From Octopus bimaculoides (lineage: Eukaryota): a DNA stretch of 63,950 bases. Each line of letters begins with the position of its first letter. The first letter of the stretch is position 1. The notes beneath the pieces were generated by a model that was given only the letters and a program-made list of their open reading frames with translations, did not search any database and was not told the DNA's origin. The position numbers were made by a program, and so were the translations under genes. Of the stretch, positions 12,206 to 25,905 are shown one piece after another. The stretch is from contig NC_068984.1 in NCBI RefSeq assembly GCF_001194135.2, forward strand, positions 110,852,805 to 110,916,754, in the 5' to 3' direction.

Positions 12206-12540
12206 GAACTATACACACACACACACGACAAGTTTATTAAATCTACACAGGTGTTGGTTGACCCATGGTTATAATAGAAAGAAGAAACTTGTCCAAGGTG
12301 TCATGCAGTGGGATAGAACTGAAAACCATGTGTTTGAGAAACAAACTTTTCAGCCACTCAGCTGAGCCTGCATGTTGACCACAATAGAAACATAGTGGGT
12401 CTTTACCCTAGTAGGTGATGAGCAAGGATGGAGATGTACCTCATGGGACTCAGGAAGAAGGACAGACCAGAAGGTGAGAGAATGTTGAGCAAGATGTATG
12501 AGCAGCAGAGTGGGAGATGTGAGGATACATTAAATAGTTA

Positions 12541-12720
12541 TTTGAACCTTGTCATATCTGGCTCAAAACATTCTGTTTTATGTTCAAACAATGGTATTCA
12601 AATCATAAAAAATTTCATCATCGAAATTTCAAAGCTATAGAGATAATTCTTAATTAATTCAAAACAATGTGATGAATAAGCATTACAACTGACAGAATAA
12701 TCCAAATGTTAAAGGGTTAA
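12541..12720 (+). mobile_element. Partial MITE ending in AAAGGG-TTAA (piggyBac-like terminus)
   Basis: Ends aatgttaaaggg|ttaa. The matching 5' end is not visible; family recognition is from memory. Confidence 0.35.
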
Positions 12721-13919
12721 CCTAATGCTGTTTCAAATGTGCGTACTAATTTAAGAGTAATAGTATTCTGGAGGATACCTGTCATATAAGAAAGTGAAAT
12801 GGTTGCAATTTGAACTTGCAGTGGGTTTGTTGCCTTAAGTCCTACTCAAAGAAATTTTTGTATTTAAACTTAAAAACAAAACCTACCTTCTTCAAGTAAA
12901 TAACTTGACTAATACAAAACATTGGTCAAATTTTGGCAGAATTTCCAACAAAATTTCATTTTTTTTTATCAATACAATTAACTTCTAATTAAGGACTTTT
13001 CTATTTATTTTTACTGCATTTTGTCATTCTTTTATTCTAATATATGCCTGACTTCATGTATTTTGGCAAAGAAATAAACATTTTCAGCAATTAGTTTAAT
13101 ATTTTGTTTAATTGTATATGTATTTTCTATGTTTTTATTTTTATTTCTTTGTTAAATTTTGCATACTTATACCAATTTTTGGTCAGTGCTATAATCAAGA
13201 GGTAATTGTATTCTGATTAAATTACAGAAAATAAAGCTAAGAATATTTAATATTTCAGCATGGACAGTTGTCTTAAAGTTATAAGTTAAACATGAGAAGA
13301 ATATATTCCTGGGGAAATGTTCCAATTTGGCTTCGTTTTTTTTCTGAGGAACATACATACTTAAATACATGTGTGTATGCAGATTGTAGATATGCCAAAT
13401 GTTATTTTACTTTTGTTTATTTTTTTTTTGCTTTCCTTTTTTTTTTTAATCTTACAATTTTTGCAAAATGAACATAATTCCAAGTGTAGAAATTTCCTTC
13501 ACAGAAAAACAAAAATACATGCTGAAATACATTGTAAAACAATGCCTCCATAGTATGTATTCATCTAACTCATGCTGGCATTGAAAAGCAGATGAAATAG
13601 GAGTCAATGGAAATGTGTGTGTATGTGTGTGCAATGGAATGGAGGGTGATTACAGTTGTTGGTTTAAAAAAAACAGGAAGAACTACTGCATGATGCACTG
13701 ATTGGTATGATGGTAGGTAGATTTGATTGGTACTGGAAAAAGCATGAGGATCACAACTTCAATTCTGCTCACTTAGATTTAGAGTATAACATGTCCAACT
13801 CAGTGGAAGTGTTACCATTTAGCTGTTCTAGTCTCTGTTCTGCTTAGTGTTTTCTTTTTAATTACCTTTGAAATTAGCACCATAATAATCATTATTATTT
13901 CTTGCCTCTACAATTAAAT

Positions 13920-14025
13920 TTATAATATTTCTCCTTCTCCTCATCATCATTAACATCATCACAATCACCATCATTAGCATCATCATCATCGTCATTGCCA
14001 TCATCATCATCACCACCACCACCAT

Positions 14026-14057
<32 letters not shown>

Positions 14058-14062
14058 ACAAT
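13920..14062. repeat. (CAT)n/(CAC)n trinucleotide low-complexity tract
   Basis: Visible in the sequence; it generates the poly-M/V and poly-S/P ORFs. Confidence 0.95.
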
Positions 14063-14107
14063 CACCTATGTAGATGTTGAGAAATACAGATTGATAAAAT
14101 ATTTGTT

Positions 14108-14490
14108 GTTGGCACTCCGTCGCTTACGATGTCGAGGGCGCCAGTTGATCCAATCAACGGAACAGCCTGCTCGTGAAATTAATGTGTAAGTGGCTGAGCA
14201 CACCACAAACATGTGTACCCTTAACGTAGTTCTTGGGGATATTCAGCGTGACACAGAGTGACAAGGCTGACTCTTTGAATTACAGGCACAACAGAAACAG
14301 GAAGTAAGAGTGAGAGAAAGTTGTGGTGAAAGTGTACAGCAGGGTTCGCCACCATCCCCTGCCGGAGTCTCGTATAGCTTTTTAGGTGTTTTCGCTCAAT
14401 AAACACTCACAACACCCGATCTGACAATCGAAACCGCGATCTTCTGACCCTGAGTCCGCTGCCCTAACCACTGGGCCATCTCGCCTCCAC
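14108..14490 (-). mobile_element. tRNA-derived SINE family C, near full length
   Basis: Minus head gtggaggcgagatggcccagtggttaggg...ggtttcgattg (A and B boxes). Near-identical to 35332-35692 and to the reverse complement of 22745-23045. Confidence 0.92.
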
Positions 14491-14944
14491 TGATAAAACA
14501 TACACTAGCCTGAAATATAAAATTATCAACTAAAAGCCTTTAAAGCAGTGCCCCAGTATGGCCAAATATCTATGAACCAATTCAGTAAAATAATATATAA
14601 TCTTCCATATGTAAATATTCACACACATACAAGAAGCCCGTTCTACTTTACTCATGGCCCCTTCACTCATACAATTAACCTATCAACTCCTAGTGGGTTT
14701 CATAGTCTTGCAAGCTCCATGATAACCTCATAAGTGCTGGTGCCAGGAGCAAAAAACACCAAGTACATACTGCAAAGTGGTTGATATTTCGAAAGGCATC
14801 TAACTATAGGAACCGTGTCAAAGCAGATAGCTGGTGCATAATACAGTCCTTGGGCCCATCACAGCCTATCAAATAGTCCAACACATGACAGTATAGAATG
14901 TGAATATTACATGAAGAGATTATATACACGTATACATGGAGCTC

Positions 14945-15152
14945 ACTCAGCTGGTGGTCAAAAGTGAGTTGTACCTGTAATTCAAAGGGACAGCCAGGTC
15001 ACATTTTGTGTCACATAGAATCTCCCTGAGACCTATGTTAAGGGCATGCATGTTTGTGGAGTGCTCGGCCACTTGCACGTTAATTTCAGGAGCAGAATGT
15101 TCTGTTGATTGGATCAACTGGAACCCTCATCGTCGTAACCGATGTAGTGCCA
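14945..15152 (+). mobile_element. SINE family C 3' half
   Basis: gtggagtgctcggccacttgcacgttaatttc...ggaaccctcatcgtcgtaaccgatgtagtgcca. Confidence 0.8.
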
Positions 15153-15182
15153 TTCTAACATACATGCGTACATACATATGCA

Positions 15183-15450
15183 TCCTCATCATCATCATTT
15201 AATGTCTGTTGTCCATGCTGGCATGGGTTGGACAGTTTGACCAGAGCTGGCCAGCTACATCAAATTCTGGTCTGACTTGACATGGTTTCTACAGCTGGAT
15301 GCCATTGCTAATGCCAACTACTTTATAAAGTGTGCCAGATGCTTTCATGTGACACCACACGAGTGCTTTTATGTGGCACTACACAGGCACTTTTATATGA
15401 CATCGCATGAGCACTTTTATGTGGCACTGTCATAAGTGCTTTTCACCACC
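15183..15450 (-). mobile_element. (GAT)n-tailed RTE-type 3' end with ~25-bp tandem units
   Basis: catcatcatttaatgtctgttgtccatgctggcatggg...; repeated gcacttttatgtggcact units at 15345-15445. Confidence 0.6.
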
Positions 15451-15457
15451 AGAGGGA

Positions 15458-15490
<33 letters not shown>

Positions 15491-15493
<3 letters not shown>

Positions 15494-15598
15494 GAGAATT
15501 CACTAAAAAACAACAGACGAGGACAGGTGGTGTAGAAAACAAACAGATGTATTAGTATAACGCTCAGGAATTGAAAAAGACTTTAACGTTTCGAGTCT

Positions 15599-15600
<2 letters not shown>
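15491..15600 (-). mobile_element. PLE-type terminus with the 3' half of a hammerhead motif
   Basis: Minus strand reads ctc-GAA-ACGT-T-AAAG then tctttttcaattcctgagcgttatactaatacatctg. Confidence 0.55.
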
Positions 15601-15642
<42 letters not shown>

Positions 15643-16222
15643 NNNNNNNNNNNNNNNNNNNNNNNNNNNNNNNNNNNNNNNNNNNNNNNNNNNNNNNNNN
15701 NNNNNNNNNNNNNNNNNNNNNNNNNNNNNNNNNNNNNNNNNNNNNNNNNNNNNNNNNNNNNNNNNNNNNNNNNNNNNNNNNNNNNNNNNNNNNNNNNNNN
15801 NNNNNNNNNNNNNNNNNNNNNNNNNNNNNNNNNNNNNNNNNNNNNNNNNTCATATGCAAATAAAGAAATATCTCTGATTCCTTATCATCATCCATAAGCT
15901 TAATGCCAGATAAAATTCAATGAAAGTATTAGAAGCTCCTAATGACAATTTAAAAAGTCTAAAAGTTTTATTGATGCCACAAATTTTTCATTAGATACTG
16001 AATTTCATCAATTTAATGCTCGGAAGAATTTTGCATCATTTTCATAATGTTCCAGGTTTCTTCAGACCTTTGCCAATAGAAATCAGATCACTTTGAACGT
16101 TTTAGGATTCTCTTCAATAATTATTTCGTTGCTATTTTTGATTGATAGTCACATTTTCACATACACATACATACAGACGTTTATTCACTCACTCACTCCC
16201 TTATAAATTTTACGTTCAGACA

Positions 16223-16279
<57 letters not shown>

Positions 16280-16894
16280 TCACAAACATATGTAGCTGCC
16301 AACATAAAAATAGAGCTCTGCTATGTGGTTATACAGACATGAACTTCCATACATCATACATAATAGAAATACAAACACACATGCACACACATGAAGATCT
16401 AGTTTTATGCATACTACATATACATACAGATCTGCATCAAATCACTCACAGAATATCACACAGATATGCAAACCAGAAATGCATACAATTTGCTCATGAT
16501 TACTTATGTGCACATGTATACATGCACACCCATGCATGCACAGATTATACATTCACGTATATACCCATAATTATATGCATTCCTGCTAATCTGTACACTT
16601 AAGTAAATATGTACGTTTGTAAAGTTGTGATGTAAGTGGTCATATGCACTAGCACTGATAACGACATGCACAAATACTTGTGCATGCATATTTCTGTATG
16701 TCTGATTCACGTACTCATTCCTTTACATGCACACACATGCATGGACAAGCATACATCCACACCCACCCACACACCTACACCTACACAAACACATACACAC
16801 GCACAAAGCAATGTCAGCACTATAATAAATAATTGCGCTCTACTTTGGGATTGAGTACTTTTTCCTCTTGTTTGCAAATTCTAACATATATATG

Positions 16895-16935
<41 letters not shown>

Positions 16936-16939
16936 ATAC

Positions 16940-17018
<79 letters not shown>

Positions 17019-17080
17019 TATGTATACACATATATGTGTATACATATATACTTATGTATATATGTACATATATGTATATA

Positions 17081-17113
<33 letters not shown>

Positions 17114-17936
17114 ATAGATAGATAGAGATAGATAGATATATATAGGTATATATGTATATATACTTATATGAATATATGTACATATACACACACATATATA
17201 TAGAGAGATATATATATATACTTATGTGTGTATACATGTATCACCATTTCAAAATAAACATAATACACACACACAGACACACATATATGAGTATGGAAAA
17301 ATATACGTGTTAATATATACATACACATGCACAAACATATACAATACATACACACAGACAATCACCTGTGATTGAAAAGCAAGGTGAAAAAAAAAAATTA
17401 ATAAAACGGAAGAAGGTAAAAAAAAAAATGGAGATTGAAGTATCATCATCCAATGACTCCTCTAGACTAATCCAATGACAATCTTGTGGCAATCTGAGAA
17501 ATTTATCGCAAGTAAAAATGTTTAAACAAGGATGATGCGAATAAAATTGAGTAGAGGCCGGATGTGATTGCGGAAATTTTGCAGCAACTTTGACTAAGCT
17601 TCTGTTAAAAATGATAAGGCACACAGGCTNNNNNNNNNNNNNNNNNNNNNNNNNNNNNNNNNNNNNNNNNNNNNNNNNNNNNNNNNNNNNNNNNNNNNNN
17701 NNNNNNNNNNNNNNNNNNNNNNNNNNNNNNNNNNNNNNNNNNNNNNNNNNNNNNNNNNNNNNNNNNNNNNNNNNNNNNNNNNNNNNNNNNNNNNNNNNNN
17801 NNNNNNNNNNNNNNNNNNNNNNNNNNNNNNNNNNNNNNNNNNNNNNNNNNNNNNNNNNNNNNNNNNNNNNNNNNNNNATATATATGTATATATATATATA
17901 TATGCATATATATGTACATATTGGTTTACCTATATG

Positions 17937-17972
<36 letters not shown>

Positions 17973-19978
17973 ACATATATATATATGTATTTATATATAT
18001 ATATGTATAAATACTCACACCACATTGTAGTAAATAGCTATATCAATAATAATAATAATAATAATGACAACAACAACAATAATAATAATATTGATGATGA
18101 TGATAATGGTGATGGTGATGATAATAACAATAGCAGTAAAATATAGAGTCTCTGAGTGGCTAGGAAGACATATGCTTATGGCTGAGTGATTAATGTTAAC
18201 GATTGACTGCTAAGAAAAGGAAAATGATTTGAGAAGAGGGACATTTTATTCATTTATTTACTTTTTTAATTTGATTTTGTTTTATTTTTATTTTATTTAC
18301 TTTTATTCTTTCATTCTCTAGATTTTTTTTTATTTTGGTCTGTCTGCCTCTCTCTCTTTCTCTCTCCTTTTCTCCTTGTCTCTGTTTCTAGTTTCTTGTT
18401 CCTACCTCTCTATGTCTCCTTTATTCTATGTCTCTCTCTCTCTTTCTCTCTCTTCAACTTTGGTGCATTTTTTCTTATTCTTTTATTTAATTTTCAATCA
18501 TTATGATGTGTAAATGGTCACATGATTATCTCTTCAAAATGGCTGCCTGAAAATAGGAGTTTAAGAGGTTATACATATGTGTATGCATATGTGTGTGTAA
18601 TTGTGTATGCGTGTATGTATGTATAAGCATGAATGTATATCTATGTGAATGTATGTTTATGAGCAAATGAGTGAGTACACCTGAAAAGACTTTTCTGAGT
18701 GTACTCCTCTATGTGTTTATGTGTGTATGTATGAAATGTAAAGGAAATTGACTGAAAGGATACAAATTTAATGGATTAGAAAGACAAAAGTAACAATTGC
18801 AAGAATGGAACATGAAAAGGTATAAAATTAGCTTTATGTTGCGACTAAATGAGAAAGGAAATACCCAAAGCTGTTATATCTTTCAATTCCTTTGGAGATA
18901 AATAAATAGAAAGAACAAGAAAAAAAAAAGTAAATAAATATAGCTCTTGACCATAAGATCTTAATATTCTTGAGTGCAATTTTTTATTGTTTTTGCCTTT
19001 GCCCCAAAAACTTATGTATATATATATATATATATATATTTATATACATACATGTATTTATATAAGAATATATATACATATATATGAATTTATTTAAATA
19101 TATATATACATTTATATATATTTTATACAATATATATATATATATATTTTATACAATGTATATTATATGCATAAACGTATGTATGTATGTATATGTGTGT
19201 GTGTGTGTATTATATCGTATATATAAACATGTGTATATATATATGTGTAAATATACATATAGTTAGGTGTGTAACTTAGCAAATAAATATATTCTTAGAA
19301 CTATAAATTTTGGATAACAGAAACAGACTGCCTTAACATGTGTGTGCATAGATGCATGTGTGTATGTGTGCTTGGGAATTCATATTTTTTTGCTTCATTT
19401 CATTCATTTTTACCATTCATTTTTCCATGCTAGCATGAGTTAGATGCATACTCTATTAAAACATATCTTTGTGGCTGTTTGTCCTTCCTGGAGCTAAGCA
19501 TTACTTTTTGTTTACAAGTAAGGGATTTCTTGCTTCTCAGCTCTTTCAATGCATAAAGCAAGCAGATGATTTGTTGACAGAATTATCAGCAATGGTTACA
19601 GCTAAGTCCACCACCATCAATTCATCACAGGAGAGATCACTGCCATCAATTCACCATGAAGAAAGTTCACTGCAAGGAAACTTTACCAAGAAAATATATC
19701 CATAGTATCTCACCATATTTAAAAAAAAACAGAAATGTTAGAAAAACTGAAGCTGAAAAATTATGTTAAAATATTTGTATTGTGAATTTTCCCTGTGGTG
19801 AATTGATAACCGTGAACTTACTGGACATGGTCAGCAACAGAACCATTTATAGCTTATGGTTTTAAAAGAAATGTCTTCATGGCTGAGACAATTAAAAGTA
19901 TACAGTAAAAGTAATATATACCATCATCACCATCCTCATCATCATTTTAATGTCCACTTTTCTTTGCTTGTATATATA

Positions 19979-20145
19979 CAGGGTGGTCTAAAAGTAGGTT
20001 TACAGTTATCACGTAGGCACTTTAAATTCCTTCTAAAACATTTTCTTATATTTAAATTTCTATCTAACAAACTGAAAAGGGAGCTTGACAAAATTAACTA
20101 AATTAGCATAGAATAATGGTTTCATATTTTTTTATAATTAAGAAA
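19979..20145 (+). mobile_element. Truncated copy of the 236-bp Tc1/mariner-type MITE
   Basis: cagggtggtctaaaagtaggtttacagttatcacgtaggcac... matches 62857-63020; the 3' TIR is absent. Confidence 0.85.
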
Positions 20146-20229
20146 GGTCTAAGTTATTAGTATTATTATTGCTATTGTTGTTATTATTGCTATCGTCATT
20201 GTTAATTATTCTATTTGTAACAGTGGTGG

Positions 20230-21033
20230 AAGTTGTGGTAGTATCCAGGATAGTGTTAGTAGGATAGATTGGGTTATGGCTGTGGTCTAACATATGGGGT
20301 TCAATGCTAGAGCTGTGTATATGTTGAGCATTCGTGTAATCAGAGTTGTTATAGTGTGAGTTTTGATAGTAAAGAGAAAGATTTTGTTTATACGAGATTG
20401 CTATGATAGACTCGAAGTTGGGTGGAGTGGAATAGGATAGGTTCAGTGTAGATCTATTAAAGACAGAGTAATATTTATGCTGATGAGTTGGTGTCCAGTA
20501 TATTAAAGAAGGATTTAGCTAAGTTCTTAACGTTTAGTGTAAAGTGGGGGGTATACCATAGAATAGAGCATCCACCACTTTCTTTTGGGTGCTTAGGGGT
20601 AGTGCTATCTATATTTTTGGAAAAGGAGGTGGGTAGTATGGCCCATTGTTGTTAGCTGTTTTAGCTTTTGACCTAATGTTATATGTGTGTGTGTGTGGTG
20701 TCTAGGTTGTCTTAATGCAGGTTCTCCCAGGGTTCCAGCATAGTGTATGTGTGGTCTGTTGTGATTCTGATGGCTGATGTGTCATTGTGATGTGATTTGA
20801 GATATATGTTGCTTGAGCCTAGTATTAGGGATGTGTTTTATTTGTTGGGAGAAGCCACTGGCAGTGAGTGCTTGGTTGTAATATGGTGCGTGGTTATTGA
20901 ATATTTCACCAGTGGAATAGAGGTCAGATATATGAATCGAGATATTCTTGACTATGTTATCAAAGGTGGATTTGTGATGATTGGAATGAATGTTTAAGTA
21001 TTTAAGGTATTAGTTAGGCTTATGGTAAGGGGA
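20230..21033 (-). mobile_element. Penelope-like retroelement fragment (RT C-terminal/thumb and linker), decayed
   Basis: Minus translation gives PYHKPN*YLKYLNIHSNH...IFNNHAPYYNQALTASGF, WYTPHFTLNVKNLAKSFFNIL and HKYYSVFNRSTLNLSYSTPPNFESII, all typical PLE motifs. Confidence 0.85.
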
Positions 21034-21401
21034 ATATATATATATATANNNNNNNNNNNNNNNNNNNNNNNNNNNNNNNNNNNNNNNNNNNNNNNNNNNN
21101 NNNNNNNNNNNNNNNNNNNNNNNNNNNNNNNNNNNNNNNNNNNNNNNNNNNNNNNNNNNNNNNNNNNNNNNNNNNNNNNNNNNNNNNNNNNNNNNNNNNN
21201 NNNNNNNNNNNNNNNNNNNNNNNNNNNNNNNNNNNNNNNNNNNNNNNNNNNNNNNNNNNNNNNNNNNNNNNNNNNNNNNNNNNNNNNNNNNNNNNNNNNN
21301 NNNNNNNNNNNNNNNNNNNNNNNNNNNNNNNNNNNNNNNNNNNNNNNNNNNNNNNNNNNNNNNNNNNNNNNNNNNNNNNNNNNNNNNNNNNNNNNNNNNN
21401 N

Positions 21402-21444
<43 letters not shown>

Positions 21445-21631
21445 GTATAGGAGGGTGTGTTTTCCAAAATGGAAGGGAACACTTTTTTCCATGTGATTGT
21501 CTTGAAAAATTGTTAAGACGCTAGGTTATTTTCGTACTCTTCTTAATAGGCAAACAATGGTAGCCTTAATTTTCAAATAAAGAAATCATATCCACCAGTG
21601 CAGTGTTGAGCACTCACTTTCATCATTCAAC

Positions 21632-21682
<51 letters not shown>

Positions 21683-22075
21683 TATATAGAGAGAGAGAGA
21701 GATAGATAATAATGATAATAATATTAGGGATAAAAACCCAAATTTACAGGCAAAAATTAGACTTAATTTAATTTATCAAAATTAAAATTGATTTAAATTT
21801 CACAATATATGATATATAATTTAGAGGAAAAAACCACAATTATTGAATTCATCCATGAAAATTTACAATCACATATATAAAAATTTAATAAGTAATACAC
21901 TAAAAAACCTATAATAAAAATATAAATTAATGAATATTAAAATAATAAAATGACTACACATGTTTCAAAACCACATTTTAAAATAGAAAATAAAATAAAA
22001 ATCAAATTGATTCAAAATAAATCGATTGGAAATCAATTGTATTCAAAAATATAGCTAATCTTCGGTTCAAAATAC

Positions 22076-22106
<31 letters not shown>

Positions 22107-22744
22107 TGAATGTATATATAGTGACTAACAATAAATATCAAATGAATTTATATAAAAAATACTTATTTTACCAATAAATGAAAGAAAAGCTTGTAACAGT
22201 ATTACTGAAAATAAATGCAATACTTATCTTATCGAAGCTTTAGTTTAAACGAAAATTTTAAACATACTATTAACTTAGCGTGAAAATATGGCGTAAAGAA
22301 AAGTAATAAAATAAAGAGATATATAAACATGTATGTAAGTTTTATTTATAAAATCAAAATGTATTTTAGCTTTAATCATAATAAAAAATTAACTGTATTA
22401 TAGACATTTCCTGGAAATTTTAAAATCTAAATAATTTTAGAGTCTAATAAATTAAGATTCTTACCACACAGCCATGCCTGCACCTATCTTGATGAAATTT
22501 TTTATAACTTAGAATTTTGGTTTAGAATTTTAACTGAAATTCTAAATCAAAATTCTGCCATAAAATGCTTGGCAAAAAGAAAATAAATAAATAAAGTGGA
22601 AAAAAATACAAAAGCAGATATTAATGCTTAAAAAAATGCATAACTCATAAAATTCTAACCATCATTATCATTACTGAAGAATATTATCACAAAAATATAA
22701 ACTGATATAGNNNNNNNNNNNNNNNNNNNNNNNNNNNNNNNNCT

Positions 22745-23045
22745 CATGGTTGTAGGATCGTGGTTTCAGTTCCCATACCAGAAATTGAGCAAAAACAACT
22801 AAAGCTCCACGAGAATCTGGCAGGGGGTGGTGGCGACCCCTGCTGTACTCTTTCACCACAATTATCTCTCACTCTTTCTTCCTGTTTTTGTTGTACCTGT
22901 ATTTCAAAGGGCCAGCCTCGTAACGTTCCGTGTCATACTGCATCTCCCTGAGAACTACACACGTGTCTGTGGAGTGCTCAGCTACTTGCACGTTAATTTC
23001 ACGAGCAGGCTGTTCCATTGAATGGATCAACTGGAACCCTCGTTG
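22745..23045 (+). mobile_element. SINE family C (head lost in the N gap)
   Basis: ggtttcagttccc B box...ggcagggggtggtggcgacccctgctgtactc...ggatcaactggaaccctcgt. Confidence 0.88.
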
Positions 23046-24200
23046 TCCAATAATATTTTGTTGGGTGCACAAAACTCTAATTCCAGTCAGAAATATTTTC
23101 GTAAAACTGTTGTATGTGGGACTTACTACACTTTTGAAAAATGCTAAACTACATTGTACTACACTTTGTATTACGTTGTACTACACTTTGACAATTTTCA
23201 TATCTCGGCATCTGAAGCAGGTGGAGATGGCAAAATTAAATGTTGGAAAAAACACATTTAGCCAACTTTGGACATACGACAGTTTAACATAATAGCCATG
23301 ATATGTGGTTATGAATGTTGTCTTTGTGTCTGCGTTTGTTCTCCCACCATTGTGTGACAACCAATTTTGGTGTGTTTATGTCCCTGTAACTTATCATTTC
23401 AGAAATAGAGACTGATAGAATAAGAATTAGGCTTACAAAGAATAAGTCCTGGGGTAGATTTCTTTGACTGAAAATCCCATTAAGATGGTGCTCCAGCATG
23501 GCTGCAACCAAATGATAGAGACAAATAAAAGAATAAAGGAATAAAAAAGAAAAATTTGAATGGCTATAAACAAAATCTTAAAGTAAGATCATACACACAC
23601 ATAAACATAGATTGCATCTATATGAATATTTATATGTGTGCAAATGTACATATATGCAAGCATGGAGATATAAACATACACACAGACACACACACATAAA
23701 CACAGAGGCATACAGATATAATGATTCTTTAGTATATATTTATAGTTCTTTCTATGGGTAAGAAATCTAAGTATTCACCTAATTTTTACAAGTTCCAAGT
23801 AATTAAACAGAATAAGGCATAAGAAAAGTTTAACAATATTCATTTCAAATTTAAATATATACGAGTATATATGAGTGTGTGCGTGTATATATATATATAT
23901 ATATATATGTTTGTATGTATATNNNNNNNNNNTGTATATGTATATATGTATATATATATATATATATATTTATTTATGTATTAACACATGCCAGCATGCA
24001 AAACGGGCGTTGAATGATATTGTGTGAATCTGCTTGCAATATTGTTTTCATTTTATCATTTAAATTGCAGGGAAAAAAAATGATCTGTATCATTAATTAA
24101 AATTTTTGATGTACAAATTCAAAAGAATAATGTAAAAATTATTACAATAAGAATGCGGAAAAAATTTCACTTGAAAAAAATTTTGAAAAAAGAAAAAAAC

Positions 24201-24490
24201 ATTTGTCAAATCACAAGGTCTGAGTGATATATTTAGCATAAAACATTTTTATCCACTCAGATATATGCCATCCTTTTCTCTCTGAAGTATAGGAATAAAA
24301 TTACTGGCTGATAGTCTCGTTTATTTTCTTTTATTTTAATTATTTATCTATTTAAAAAATTTGTCAGATCACAAGGTATATGCTGTTATATATTTAGTAT
24401 AAAGTATTTTTATCTAATCAGATATCACTTATGTTTTCTGTTTTTCTGTTATGATGGAAGAAATTATTTACCGATAGTCACATTTTTTAA
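24201..24490. repeat. Diverged tandem duplication, period ~158 bp
   Basis: atttgtcaaatcacaaggt...gatagtc at 24201 and atttgtcagatcacaaggt...gatagtc at 24359. Confidence 0.75.
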
Positions 24491-24534
24491 ACTCTATTCC
24501 ATTATATTTATTTATTAATTTAATTTATTATTAT

Positions 24535-24719
24535 TATATATTGTTGGCGATGTCTGCTTGTGCAATCTATTGTCTTAATGAATAAATGACAAACTTTATG
24601 CTGCTGTCATCATTATATCACAATTATTGTTATAAACCAATGTCAACCATAAAATGGGTTTTATGATTTTTACTTATTCCATATATCCATTCTTTGTCTT
24701 TAATAAGTGTTGCCAAATT
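24535..24719 (+). repeat. ~185-bp repeat, left member of an inverted pair
   Basis: Reverse complement of 28084-28267 (e.g. caatctattgtcttaatgaataaatgacaaactttatgctgctgtcatcattatatcacaattattg). Confidence 0.9.
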
Positions 24720-24979
24720 CTTTAAGGATTCTTTGATCTAACTAATTAAACTATAATTGATCCATTTCTTTTAAAAAATATAAAATATATATTTAAATGT
24801 TTTTCATACAAAATAGCATCTTAATTACATTATTGATAAGTGTGTGTGTGTGTGTATGTGTGTGTGCGTGTGCGTGCATGTATGTATATCTTTTGATCCA
24901 GCTAGATGTACACTATTCCTCACATCCTTTTATTTCTGTCACTTTGTATCCACCCACATGTAGACATACATGTATATAA

Positions 24980-25015
<36 letters not shown>

Positions 25016-25613
25016 NNNNNNNNNNNNNNNNNNNNNNNNNNNNNNNNNNNNNNNNNNNNNNNNNNNNNNNNNNNNNNNNNNNNNNNNNNNNNNNNNNNNN
25101 NNNNNNNNNNNNNNNNNNNNNNNNNNNNNNNNNNNNNNNNNNNNNNNNNNNNNNNNNNNNNNNNNNNNNNNNNNNNNNNNNNNNNNNNNNNNNNNNNNNN
25201 NNNNNNNNNNNNNNNNNNNNNNNNNNNNNNNNNNNNNNNNNNNNNNNNNNNNNNNNNNNNNNNNNNNNNNNNNNNNNNNNNNNNNNNNNNNNNNNNNNNN
25301 NNNNNNNNNNNNNNNNNNNNNNNNNNNNNNNNCATATACTTATGTATGTGGACACAAATGAGATATGTATTTCTTTATCTCTGTCCATCCATCTATTTAT
25401 ACACACACACACACACACCTGCCCTTCCCACACATATTCAGGAAACCACTTATTTGTATATTTGATCTGAGAAGAACAATTATTTTACAATGTTCTTCCA
25501 TACTAAATAGCTTCTATATATGTTTCTGTGAGCTGAAAACAAAACAAATTAATATACCGTTTGTGCCTTTCAAATGACAGATATTTATAGATATATGTCT
25601 GTTGAAAACACAG

Positions 25614-25905
25614 CAGGCATGGTTGTGGGGGTAAGAAACTTGCTTCCCAACCACATGTTTCTTGGTTCACTTCCAGTGTGTGGCATCTTGGACAAGTGGC
25701 TTTAAATATAGCTTCAGGCTGACCAAAACCTTGTAGGTAGGTAGATGGGTATGTTAGAAGGAAATTGAAAGATGATCATCATACATGTATATATTAGTGT
25801 CTTAGTGTTTGTGCTTGTCCTTCACAGTAGGTGTTGGTGTGTTTATGTTCTCATAACTTAGCAGTTCTGCAAAAGTTATTGATAGAATTAATACCAGGCT
25901 TTTTA
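25614..25905 (+). mobile_element. SINE family B
   Basis: aagaaacttgcttcccaaccac...ggttcacttcca...tgttggtgtgtttatgttctcataacttagcag. Confidence 0.75.

Noticed and set aside
15850-16135. Minus-strand decayed coding-like sequence (KTFKVI*FLLAKV*RNLEHYEND...) as a PLE N-terminus
   Set aside because: Too many stops and no diagnostic motif to assign by eye.
19469-19705. 78-aa plus ORF with a plausible internal acceptor (LFQCIKQADDLLTELSAM...)
   Set aside because: No recognisable homology, no partner exon, and stops are avoided only over a short span.
21700-22440. Very AT-rich block possibly from a PLE 3' UTR
   Set aside because: Low complexity and no second copy or motif in the window to support a call.
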